Of a stretch of 64,000 nt of DNA, positions 29,701 to 41,467 are shown piece by piece. This DNA comes from Anthoceros angustus. Its lineage: Eukaryota; Plantae; Anthocerotophyta. The notes beneath the pieces were generated by a model, which ran no database searches, was not told the DNA's origin, and saw nothing but the letters and a program-made list of their open reading frames with translations. The translations under genes and the position numbers were made by a program. Positions within the stretch are counted from its first letter, which is position 1, and the number at the start of each line of letters is the position of its first letter. Where the stretch lies: NCBI GenBank assembly GCA_010909165.1, contig MU008153.1, positions 558,001-622,000 of the forward strand, read 5' to 3'.

Positions 29701-30103
29701 TGACGAACGCTGGAAGTTTACGATACGATACACGCTTATCAGAACAAGCATTCTGAGTGTCATCGTCAGAAGAGGGGATCGCAGCGGGAGCAGGAGTTTC
29801 TGGCGTGAGCTCGTTCCCTGTAAAAGTTTGGTACATCTCGCAAGAGGAGGGTGATGTGTGGCGTTCTGTAGCCTAGCACACCCACGCCATCGGGTTCAGG
29901 CGGTGTGACGTTCAATTTTCCGGATTGTTTTTCGGCCCGGGCATCGGTCGATGTATGTTGCAAAACCTGATCTCTTTGCTGTACAGTCGAGAAAAACAAG
30001 ACAGAGTGTCCCTCCTACACCGGAAAGTCTGTACAGTACTTCCGGGCAAGGCGTCCATCAAGGCGCCGCTCTGGAGCTGGAGCAAGCCATCGGTGTTAAG
30101 TCC

Positions 30104-30906
30104 CTAGGTTGCAGAACCGCCGTGCGGACCTTCCTGCGCCCGCTTTGCAGCGTTCTCTGCATCTTCAAATGCATGTTCCTGAACGCTGTGTCGGCCAGAC
30201 TCTTTCTGCACCACAGGAGAGCCCTGGTTGGTGTCGAACTCTCCACGGATGTCTGTCGAAATCGCGGAATCAGTTCCACCATCTCTGCATGAAATTTCCT
30301 GAAAACCCTAAACCGGCATAAAACCACAGAACAGGAAGAACTCGGGGAAGAAGGACTCACGGTGCTCCTCGACGTCTGCTGGTGACGGGAGCACTTGCCG
30401 GTTCGCCCCCTTGGAATCATCATGCGCAGTTGCTTGATCGTGCTTTGTTTTGTACTTGTCTGCCACATCAGCGTAGATTTGGCCAAAGCCTTCGTCAGAG
30501 GAGCGTGTAGCGTATGCATCTCCATACGACTCTTTCATGAGCTCCATAGGGCTGCAAAATTGCAACCACACAGCAGTGAGCAGAGCAAGCCAACAAAAGC
30601 CAGCATGAAGATCAAAGACTGAACCAGTCACTTTGATCGGGCTCACTCCTCTCCTATGTTTTCTTTCTGCTCCGAAGCCATCACGTCCTCTGGCTGTGCT
30701 GATCCCGGCACCACACTCTCGGCTCTGGAGGAGGCTGATACACTTAGTCTTGCAGCCGGTGCAACAGTTTTGCAACCAACCCCGTCACCAGGAAACTTCC
30801 AGCAGGCACTAGCACCAATCCGCCTACGAACAATGGGGGACACAGGGAAATGCCCTTTCAAGAACGACGAGGGTATGCCCAAGACGACCCTCTGCAGCAC
30901 CAACAT
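30104..30906 (-). CDS. Small hydrophilic, probably organelle-targeted plant protein (LEA-like/uncharacterised family); exons 30906-30647, 30551-30361, 30252-30104
   Basis: Spliced product MLVLQRVVLG...IGEDPMELMKESYGDAYATRSSDEGFGQIYA...EEHHIRGEFDTNQGSPVVQKESGRH...; motifs YATRSxxEGFGxIY and (Y/F)DxxQGSxVxxKExxRH recalled from conserved plant proteins; basic Ser/Arg-rich N-terminus. Confidence 0.7.
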
Positions 30907-31164
30907 GCCTCTCCTTGCCAGGCAAGAACGTCGAATTATCTGATGGCCACAGAAATGTAGACTTCTCACTGTGAATGACAACGAATAGCAGAGAGGTGAC
31001 AAGGACGCTCGGGATCACTACGCTCCCTCTCCAACACCTGATTTCCCGCAACGAATTTGGCTGATCCTTGTGCAGGTTTCAACACCTGTTGATGCTTCTT
31101 CCATCAGTGAATCACCTTCTGCCAAAACCGCAGAAGAATTGGCTTGCCAAGTATGTCTGCAAGT

Positions 31165-31171
31165 ACGTGGC
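31165..31171. promoter_or_regulatory. ABRE (ACGTGGC) ~260 bp upstream of the LEA-like start codon
   Basis: aagtACGTGGCttcc; canonical ABA-response core, function inferred only. Confidence 0.35.
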
Positions 31172-31418
31172 TTCCTTGAGCAAGCCACCTGGCGAACTGA
31201 CTCGTTATGTGAAGCTGGGTTGTTACAATTTTTCTTACACAATTCGCTACAGGGATGTCTCAAGTTTCAATATTTCAAAATATGACAAAAAAAAACATTA
31301 GCACGGCTGAAAAGTTAGTGTGACTACAATGGTGGAATCCACTGCACATACGGTAAGTCGGAGCTCCCTATCCTATAGTCAAAATATGGGATGTCAGCAT
31401 AGGTACGTAAGAAGGCAA

Positions 31419-33311
31419 TCACTGGTTAAGAGGCATCCAAGTTAAGCCGATCTCTATCTCCCCGCTTTCCACGTTCTGTAACTTCAAGCTCATTTCTTGC
31501 TTCACCTCACCATCCACAATGCGGATTGCACTGTCTTCCAGTAAAGGATTATCACTGGTAGCCAGCCATTTCCCTATTTGGATGTTGCCTACATCATGCA
31601 ATCCCTCGTGAAGGCTTGCGGCAGCAACTAGGGGATCCAGGTCAACTTCCACAATCCCCATTGAATCATCAGCTGAGAACGTATCTCTGTCGAACACTTC
31701 CTGCAAAACGAACGCTTTATGCTTTGAGGGCTACCGGTACCAGCAGATGGGATCAGAAACGTGGACCTTTGGCACCAGGAGCAGACTCACCAGTTTCAGA
31801 GGTACAGGAGGGCTTGGGACGGACAGCATGAGCTCTTCATCCCACACTGGATTCAGGTTGCTCCTGATGACTTTGGTCTTCAGTGTCTGTGAAGCACAGA
31901 CAAATGAAGTGTCAGTGGAGCCAGAGGACAAGACTCAGGATGATCGCAGGATGATGAAGTGTCCCGTCATACAGCATGGAGACCCGGAGTAAGAGCAGGG
32001 GACAGAAGAACAACCTGCTTTCCTAGCGAGACCACAACGTAAGGATCACTGCTCATGACATCCCGAACTACAAGACCTGTGCCCCGCTTCACCTTGACCT
32101 TGAGCAATCCGATGAACTCAACCATGCCAGCCTGCAGCAAGTGACAAGAGGCTACTGACAACACATCAGTTGGGGAAAGAGTTAGCTTGCCACACACAAA
32201 CAACCATCCCCATACCCATCCATGGCTTATGACCGTACTAGAGATGAAATCTTCTGCGACCCATTCTCGGCCTCCCTGTTTTTCGAGCTCTTCCCGAATA
32301 CACGAGAGAATAAAGAAAGGTGGTTGGTCCGGACCGGCTTTTTAGAGTCAGTGCGTGCCATCGAGCTCTGGCTTGATGACATAGAGTGTTGAATTCTGGA
32401 GTTCTGGCTGGACGGTATGTGCTGGCCACTGGAAGACGTGTGGCTGGAGGTTCTCAGACTCTCAGCCCGAAGGTAGGACTTGAGAAACTCCTGATCTTCG
32501 TACTTTCTCCTGCAGATGTTCCCACCAGCAGCCATCATCAACTTGCCGTCCCGCTGCTTCGAACACAACATACCAAAAAACAGGAAAAACGACAACTTGT
32601 AGCTCACCTGATGAAATCTTCCCGCTCCTCGACACATGCATCTGCTTCAGGCTTCACGTTAGGAGGTAAGTAAGCCTCGTAAACTGAATTTGCAGCAGCA
32701 TTTCCCCCGACTGCTTCCATCACTTCCACTTGCTCATCCGTCCACTCGTCCAGAGTAACCGACAGGATCTGAACAAGCCATCCAATCCAGTCAGCTACCA
32801 CACCCACAAAACGACAACCCAACTTCAGCAACACGAGGAGTGCTCGACGTGAACCGAAACCTTAGAGATGTGAACACCGAGACTCCGGTGCACTCCAGAA
32901 CACTTGATGCAAACAAAAACCCCGATATTCGTGGATCTGCAGGTAAACAAAACTGTGTCCACATGATCCAACTAACCAACCCTTCACCCAACCCAACCCA
33001 TCACTACAACAAGCCAATTAGCCCACAAATTCAAGCCCAGATCTACGAGACCCAAGCCAGAGCCGGAAACATACGCCCACTTAGGGTCCCGAGCTCCACA
33101 GTCCGCGCAAACCCGGTTGTCCGGGTGCTGTAACAGAGCCTTCAGCTTGGCCATCGTTTCTGATGATCCAACCCACAAAACCTCAGCAATCCTGGCTTAA
33201 CAGACACCAGCTCCACTCCAACGGAGAGAACCACTAATCCCAGGCAAGCGAGAGGCAGATCAAACCTGGCGACGCCCTGTCCTCGAAATCTTCGTAGTAA
33301 GCAGACCTCAT
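31419..33311 (-). CDS. ArfGAP + C2 domain protein (AGD11/12/13, ZAC-like); exons 33311-33266, 33159-33075, 32936-32861, 32768-32608, 32509-32239, 32131-32015, 31886-31791, 31700-31419
   Basis: ArfGAP finger [49 protein letters not shown]; C2 domain [16 protein letters not shown]...SSDPYVV...[10 protein letters not shown]...[13 protein letters not shown]...[15 protein letters not shown]. Confidence 0.95.
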
Positions 33312-36300
33312 CCTGGTAGTAGTCAGGGCCGCAGCCTGCCAGATGCTGGAGCCCCGGAATTCAGGCGTCCACGACCCGACCGTCCCGCTTCGATCTAACT
33401 GGATGACCAAACCATCTGGAAACCACGTGACTTCACCGTTGCACAGCGCAGGGGCCGCGTCGGGTGTAGATGCATGCTTGGCTCGTGTCCTGGAAACCCC
33501 TTGGCCCTTTGTGCTCTGCTCCGGAAATCTGACTCCCTTCTTCTAGATTCCGATCATATGCTTGGGAACTGCAGTCGCAGCAGCTATACCACCCACCAAC
33601 CACATTATGTATGTATGCAATTTTTTGTATCTGATTAGGTATTGAACTTTAGGTCGTCGGATACTATTCGTGACCACTAATTTTACAGAATGGGTATCTG
33701 AAGGTCAGGGTTGCAACCTCTCTACTCACCTTGAAAGGTAATTATTAAATTTATTTATTTTGAAATTTTAGAAATATTTTTATTTTTATATATTATGATA
33801 TATAATCATACTTTAACATTTATGAGCACTATGTTGTGAAAGCTCTTTTTTTCAAAGATAAACATATAATACTTATCCAAAAACCCTTTGAAAATTTTAG
33901 GGAGTACAATCAGAAGTAACAATTGTAGATGGTTAATATTTATATAGCATACATTTATCTAGGGTAGACTGTATATGTATAGGAAGGACCTATATTTTTT
34001 AATTTGCGATCGTGTTGACGTGTTTGCTGTTGCAAATGGTAGTGACCACATGAGCTAAACTGACAAACAGCTAATGTCTTGTCTTCCTTTTAGGATTGGC
34101 AAGTAGCGAGGAATAAGTTCTACGAGGATTACGTTGCGATGACCACTTTCTTGCTTGACCTGAACCGCATGCACCTCGTGATTGCGAAGATCTAAAGGAA
34201 GCCCAAGAGGAGGAATCTGTCTTTGCAACAGCTTGTGGGTCAAGCTTTATTGATGCGACCTAATCGGAATGATTGGTAGAAATGTTGTTGTGGCAAAATC
34301 TCCAATGGTAGCCCAATGTGTGATAGTCCATGACATTGGCCTACACAAGGCTCAATAGTTTGATCATCAAATTAGAACATGACAATGTATACGTCTTGAG
34401 ATTCCCAACCCGTGAAGTACCTAGAGTTAGCAACAAGCAAACATGTTTACTTGTTGTCGATCGGCTTGCACACAAGTTTGCTACTAGACTTGATGGTTTG
34501 CAAACCAGGTTGCTTGTAGACTTGTCTACTTGCTAACTCATTTCCTTACTAACATGTCAATCTAGTCTGCCATTAGTGGTCAGTCTGAAACCATGTCTAT
34601 AAAAATTTATGCAACAAAGCAGCCTGTCATCCTACTTGTGATGGGTTGTAATTGTTTGCCTTACCCGGGCTTCCACTTAGCTCGTCACCACATCCATACA
34701 AGTACCCCCGTCACAATGGATGTTAGACCCCTCGCGACCATAACCTTGTCCGCATTCCATGTGCATTCCATGCAAACCCTAATGTAACAAAACCTAACCC
34801 TAGGTACGGAAATATTTGCAGACAGTGTCAAATGAGTACACCTAGAAGTGCAACTGGGAACTATTTAACACTTGCGGCACTCTTGAACAAAGTTATAGAC
34901 GGGATTGTATATTGTAAAGAGAGTTTTGAATTGAGAATTCGGTACAGCATGGGAGCACAACCTTCATTCGGCTGGGGGACAAACCATAATCGAACCCGTG
35001 GAAAGATAAGGAATGTATGCAGACTCCTAATCTCGGATTGACTCTAGCGGTGGAGCCCATAACCCATGGAATCAACCCGGTTTAGGGAATAATTTCAATT
35101 TGGGGGAAACAGGCCTCCATAAGCCCGATATATTGAAGACAGGATTTACAATAAAACATGAAAAATTAATATGGTATTACTTATAAATCTCGTGAAATTT
35201 AAAGACTAAAATTATATTTAAAATATTAATTAAATATATTATGATGATGATAAGATTTTTATGATGTATTATATAAATTAAAATATGATCATGATTATGA
35301 ATTAATTATGGCTTGCCTTTGTGTGGTGGGGGCGATGAGGATGAAAGTCGTATGCTCGTGGGGGGTGAGAAAGGTGTACGCTTGGGGGTGAAGGCCGTGG
35401 TCTCGCAGTGAACGCATCCTTGTATGGTGGTGGCCCTGGTTCCACGGTGAACGTGTCCTTAATTATTGGCCGTGCTCTCACGGTGAAGGCCATACTCTCG
35501 AAAGAAAGGCCGAGCTTCTAAGATTCTCATATTCAGTGACTAGAATAATTGAAGCCATTTTTGTGAGTTTTATGGTATCACTTTTGCAACATTACAATGT
35601 TGGTTCACCATTATTTACAATGTTACAAAAGTAATACCACATAGCTTTCACGAGAACTTTTGTTGGAGAATGATGGTTCTCATCTTCATGACTCAGTGAT
35701 TGCAAAGCCCATTACGACACTAATCTTGATGAACTATCACTCTATAAGGTATCACTTTTGCATATTTCCTAACTGTAGAATCAAAATTGTCATCTTCAGT
35801 GATCAATTGATTGTAGTGTTCTGTCTTACTGATTATAGCAAATGGGAGAGGAATGTTGAAGTGGAACAAGGCCATCGGAGGGGAAGGAGGCTGTCGGATG
35901 AAGAGAAGAAACAACTCCTAAAGGACGTGGATGTCATTATTCAGGCCACGTCACGCAATTTTTTCCTCGAGGAGAACAATGACGGGCATGACGAGGTGAA
36001 GGACAAAGAGGACTCTAGGGAACTGGGAGTGGAGAGTGGAGGAACGTATGGTGTACCGCATGCGCACCCTCCATTTTCAAATTCAACTTTTTATGTAGTC
36101 TCTCTCTACAGTACAGATTACACGATTTGTACATATTTTCTTCCAAGTGGCATCAAATACATACAAAACTTGGTTATACTTATAGTCTTGTACTGTATGC
36201 CTACCCAAAAGTTTTCTTTGCGCAGTTCAAGTATACCGTGCGCAGTTCAAGTACGCCGAACTGTTTGGTAACTAGAGAAAGTTTATGCCGTCGCTTTAGG

Positions 36301-36896
36301 GTTTAATTTTTGGATCTAACTTTGAAAAAGCCTTATTCACACGATGCATATTCTAGCTTAGGAGTTTTACATGGGAGCCATGTCAATGTTTAGAGCAAAC
36401 GCCATTGCCTTCCTTTATCAAGTTTGCACCCCCTGCGTTAGAGTGTTTTGTAGCTTGTGGGTTGTTTGGAACTCGACATGTTTTGCTAGCATCAATAACT
36501 CAACTCTTTGGTTTTTCAATATTGTGAGATAGGACACGAGGCACAGGCCATCCCGCGCCCTTTGACAATCAAGGGCATCGGTCATTTGAAACTTTCTGAA
36601 TCCTCGCCATATGGCATTTTGAACCAACTTTTGAGAAAATTTATCGAGCTCCTCACCAGGTGATGAGAATCGAGCTCTTGATCATGACTAGGTGACATTG
36701 ATAGGTATTGAAACCGGTTAGGGGAGGGGAGTGGACGATGGTGACGCCGATACAGCTATGTTGCCTCTAAAGTGGTCTCATCGACAAAGCAAAGGTATGG
36801 TGATACTATTAATTGCTTGAACCGAAGCGGCGCAGCAAAGCGGGAAAGAGGTGATGGTGAAGGGATCGGTCCCACAAAAAGAAAGGTGTAGAATGC

Positions 36897-36975
36897 TGGG
36901 CTCGGATCCGAGCGGAAGGGAGCGGATCCGAGCGGAAGGGAGCGGATCCGGGCAAAAGAGAGCGGATTCGAGTGG
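36897..36975. repeat. 20 bp tandem repeat
   Basis: cggatccgagcggaagggag repeated about three times with degenerate flanks. Confidence 0.75.
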
Positions 36976-37879
36976 GGAGGAGGGAAGGAGGGTTTTTAGT
37001 GTCGAAACAAGATGTGCTATGCAAGTCCAATGAGGATATTGATGTCATTCGACGATGACTCAAGGACGACAGCTAGCTTATGGAGGAGGAGACGGACCAC
37101 CGAGATACCTCAAGGAACAAGCGATATGCTTGGGCAAGAGACAACTCGAAAGCTAGAAGCATATATCCAGCACACAAGATCAAGGCTTCGTTGTGTTGGT
37201 TCATGAGTGTTGGGACTCATATCTAGTCCAAGAAGACCTACCCAAGTGATAACAGCGTCTGTTTAGAAAGGGGTTTCTCCTGTCAAAAGGGGTTTTGGAA
37301 AAAATCCCAACCCTATTTCTTAAAACCGAAGTTGGTTTGGTTTTGTTGGTTTTGTAGGTGTTCATCCATCGGTTTGGGCATTCTCGGCTCGGCACCACTT
37401 CCTGTCGAGTCATTTATACCGCATTGGCGCCTTGTACTCAGGTTCATGGCGATTTAGTCGGTGTGATGAAGGGCTGACCTCATTGTTCCATAATTTCGCC
37501 ATGTCCGTAGTTTCGTGATTTTGTGTGGTTTTGTATGTTTTGTATACCGGGGGCCTAGGCGCGCATAAGTGCGCGTCTAAACAACGCTATGCGCAAACTG
37601 GTGCACGCACTGTGCAAAAAGAACGCGAAAAATAATCTTCTAATGGGGAAACATGTCCTTTGAGGTCCGAGGATGCCGAACTCCCAACAAAATAACAAGT
37701 AGTAGACATCGGCGGAGGTTCACCTAGACCGCCTCATATATCTATCCTATGCCCTAATGCGACGAAGAACACCCTATCCCTTTTATCCTTTACGGTGTTT
37801 AGTCTCTTTCGGTGACCTAGTACCGGGTTATCATCAAACATGCTAGGGGCCCACCGGGTGAACAAGTGCATGTACGAGG

Positions 37880-38069
37880 GGGCAGTGCGCACTGTGTGCG
37901 CACTGTGGGCAGGAGGCCTGTGCACGCACAAGTGCATGCACCCAAGGTCAAGAAGGGCCTAGGCGCGCACTGTGCGCACTGGGGCAGGAGGCCTGTGCAC
38001 GCACAAGTGCATGCACCCAAGGTCAAGAAGGGCCTAGGAGCATGAACCCATATGGTTCATGCCTCCTAG
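37880..38069 (+). mobile_element. Probable Helitron 3' end: two ~77 bp subterminal repeats, hairpin, CTAG|T
   Basis: gcgcactgtg...gggcaggaggcctgtgcacgcacaagtgcatgcacccaaggtcaagaagggcctagg twice; hairpin GCATGAACC-catat-GGTTCATGC (38040-38062), then CTAG at 38066-38069 followed by T. Confidence 0.5.
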
Positions 38070-38999
38070 TGCATTCCTGCAGTTCATCCAAAGAAAAAGA
38101 GCAAAAAGTCTAAAAAACCCTTAAAACCCCTAAAAAAATCACAAAAAAGTCCAGTTTTTTTGGGCAAGTGCGCGCACTCGCCCTAAAATTTTGACAATTT
38201 TTTGAATTGTTTTGTATTTGGTTTGATATTTTTGTTGTTTTAAAGGGTTCCTTTCGACGTTTTCAACCTTTTTTGTGCACCTCCCTAATGTGGATATGTT
38301 CTTATCTTTACTTAACCCTCATCTTTTTTCTAGTGGTTAAAACTTTGAACTAGCAGTGAGAACCTTTTGCATCTTTTGAATCTTGAGACGCTTGGCGTGG
38401 GCCCGACTCAAGTGCGAGACCATGCCACTCTCATTCTCGCCGCATGTGGATCAAGAACATCAGGTCCAGAAGATATTATTGTCCCAATGTCTAAGAAACA
38501 AAGTCTGTAAAATTCTCGAGGCGAGTATAGTCTTAGGATTGAGTGGTATGAATGAAAGGTTGGTGCGCAAACAAGTTTGCGCACAGACAAGCCCTAAAAA
38601 CTCTAAAGCGTTTGTATCGTCCAACACACGCAATGATTGCGGATGTTGGAAGCTTAGATGTAAGTGCGCGCATAAGTTTCTTGAATTATATCGATTTGAA
38701 AGAAAAGCCGAACGAGAATGGGACTTTAGGTTTTGCCACGTACTTGCAATCTACAATCTCAAATAACGTGTATCAAAACAATTATTCAAAAGGTTGCGGG
38801 TGACATGTCTGCAGAAAAATACCAAAAAGGTGATTATAGTGCGGATTTTTCAAGTGCAAAAGGTCCGCCACGTCAGGTGCAAAAGGGTTTCGGAGAAACC
38901 CTTTCTAACAGACAGTTTGATGTCCAATTGCTTTTTATATTTCGGCTATCGCAAGAAGGTAGGCCAAAATAGGCGCTATCAATTTTTCTCAGCTTTACA

Positions 39000-39115
39000 A
39001 GCATCTGATTCCTCAAAATTTGAATACGGTCACATCTCAGCATCAAATTCCTCAAAATCTGAATGTGGTCATATCAACATCGAATTCCTCAACATCCGAA
39101 TATAGTCACATCTCA
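39000..39115. repeat. ~39 bp tandem repeat x3
   Basis: catc.aattcctcaa.at..gaat..(g/a)gtca(c/t)atc units. Confidence 0.7.
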
Positions 39116-39520
39116 TTTATGATCAGATATGCTTGCGATAACCAATACATAAAAGGCGTGCACGTTTTAACACTAAACTATCTAGATAAGCATCAAATTA
39201 AAAATAATACTTAATTATAAAACTGGAAAATATTTTAAAATATGTTAAAATTTCATCTTTTACCAAACTAAACTATTGGACAAAGGGGCGCCAAAAACTC
39301 TAGCTGCATACGGTAATCATAGATTGAGATGTATGATGTCGCTTGATCGAAGATTTGTGATTTATGGTTGAGCAGCAAACAAAAGGACTGGAAAGGCATA
39401 TGAAAGATATTCCATCCAGAACGAAGGCGCCACGGTCCACGAAAACATGTCGTCCCATACATGGAAAACGGAAAACACCTTTCATACACTTGGGCCTACA
39501 GTCATCGAGAGCGCGAGGCC

Positions 39521-41467
39521 ATGTCCCGTGGTGGGACGGTGGTGGTGCTCGACAACGGTGCCGGATTCTGCAAGGCGGGAATTGCGGGGGAGGAGAGGCC
39601 TTCCGTGGTGGTGCCAAATTGCGTGGGCCGGCCTCGCAGCAGCAAGAAATGGCTGGCCGCGGACCTGCTGCAGGAATGCGAGGAGATTCAGGGAATTGCT
39701 CTGCGCCGTGCCATGGACCGGGGGTATCTCACTCTGGTGGACGTGGAGAAGGAGGTGTGGGATCGCATTTTCAAGCACCTGCTCAAGGTGAAGCCTGCCG
39801 AGTGCAGCCTGCTGCTGGTGGAGCCGCTGTTCACTCTGCCTGCCATTCAGAAAATGACAGACGAGCTGGTGTTTGAGGAGATGGGGTTCCAGTCGCTGTA
39901 TGTGGCCAACGGGCCTGCTCTGGCGCATCTGTATGAGTGCAGCCGAGCTCCGGCTACCAGCTTGCTGGCGAAGTCCGGGTGTAGCTTGGTGTTGGACTGT
40001 GGATTTTCGTTCTCGCACGCTGTGCCGGTGTACCAGGGGTTTGTTGTTAAGCAGGGCGTGAAAAGGCTGAATTTGGGAGGCAAGGCGCTTACCAACTATC
40101 TCAAGGAGCTCGTGTCTTATCGGGCGTGGAATATGATGGATGAGACTTATCTGATGGAGGATGTGAAGGAGGAGTTGTGTTATTGCTCGCTCGACGTCAA
40201 GGCAGACCTTGAGGTCGCAAGGTGCTTCGGACCGGATGTTTCATTGTTGAGGCTGGGTTTGGGGTTTTGGAGCTGGGGTTTCAAGTTAGGGTTCAGGGTG
40301 GTGAAAGGTGTGTGAACGTGGTGTCGGTGCAGAAAGCGTGGGAAAGACAACTACATTCAGTGTCAGTATGTTTTGCCTGATGGGATAAAGTACAAGCGAG
40401 GCTTTGTTAAGGACCCCGCAGCTGCGAGCAGGGCGATGAAGAAGGGGTCGGACTTGATGGACGTGGATACAGTGGTTTTGACAGAGGACGGAGACGGCGC
40501 CAAAGTTCCAGAGCCTCTAGGTTTTGGTGACCAGAAAAAGAAGGGCAGTAAAGTGGCTGGTCACACAGTAGATGAGGATCAGGTACGACTTTCAGTAGGC
40601 TTTCGGTGTCTGCTCTTCGCAACAACAGAATGGGGAACAGAGGCAAATGGGATGCTGAGCAGCTGACGTTTTCGTCTGTAGGAGCTGACCTTGACCAACG
40701 AAAGGTTTCTTGTTCCAGAGATGTTGTATCATCCGGCTGACTTAGGTCAGAGCATGCTTTTCTAAGTCGTTTCAAAGTTCTGCAATCTGAAGCGATCACC
40801 TACGGGGGGCTGATTGAAGCGCAGTTTTCTTGTAGGAATGGATGAGGCGGGACTAGCAGAGTGTGTTGTGAGAGCTGTCAATGCCTGTCACTCTGCGCTA
40901 CATCCTTTGTTGTATTCCAGGTTGAATAAGTTCTCACGTTTCTGATGATTCTGGCGGACTTGACTTTCATCCGTTCTCGCAGCTGACTCCTGTTATTGCT
41001 TTTCTGAAGTGTGATATTGACAGGCGGAAGCACACTGTTTCCCGGTTTTAAGGAAAGGATGTGAGTCATCTCGTAAGCTATTTCACCTGAATCGCATGTC
41101 TGCAGTGTAGCTAGTGGTTTGTACTTTTGCCGAAATGAGACTCGAGTTGCTCTGCCTTAATCTCTTGCTTCCCTTCGCTTCTTGCAGGGAGCTAGAACTC
41201 CGGCCTCTTGTCCCTGCGGAGTATCAACTCAACGTTCAACTTGCTGAAAGGTAACGCCTCTTGTCGATAAGATTTGCTGCTCCTCGTTACAGTAGTACTG
41301 ATTTCACTGGACTGATTTTCCTTCTGCGTTCAAGCAGTCCCATGGAGAGTGCGTGGAGAGGTGGCTCAATCTTGGCTTCAAGTCCTGACTTTTACGGTGC
41401 AGCTGTCACCAAAAGGGAGTATGAAGAGCATGGTTCCCTGAGATGTCGACGCAGATTCTTGCAGTGA
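39521..41467 (+). CDS. ARP6: Actin-related protein 6 (SWR1 complex); exons 39521-40221, 40333-40582, 40682-40745, 40836-40920, 41010-41060, 41188-41250, 41338-41467
   Basis: VVVLDNGAGFCKAG, LGGKALTNYLKELVSYR, YVLPDGI, LTNERFLVPEMLYHPADLGM, VILTGGSTLFPGF, AWRGGSILAS, C-terminal EYEEHGSLRCRRRF. Confidence 0.95.
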
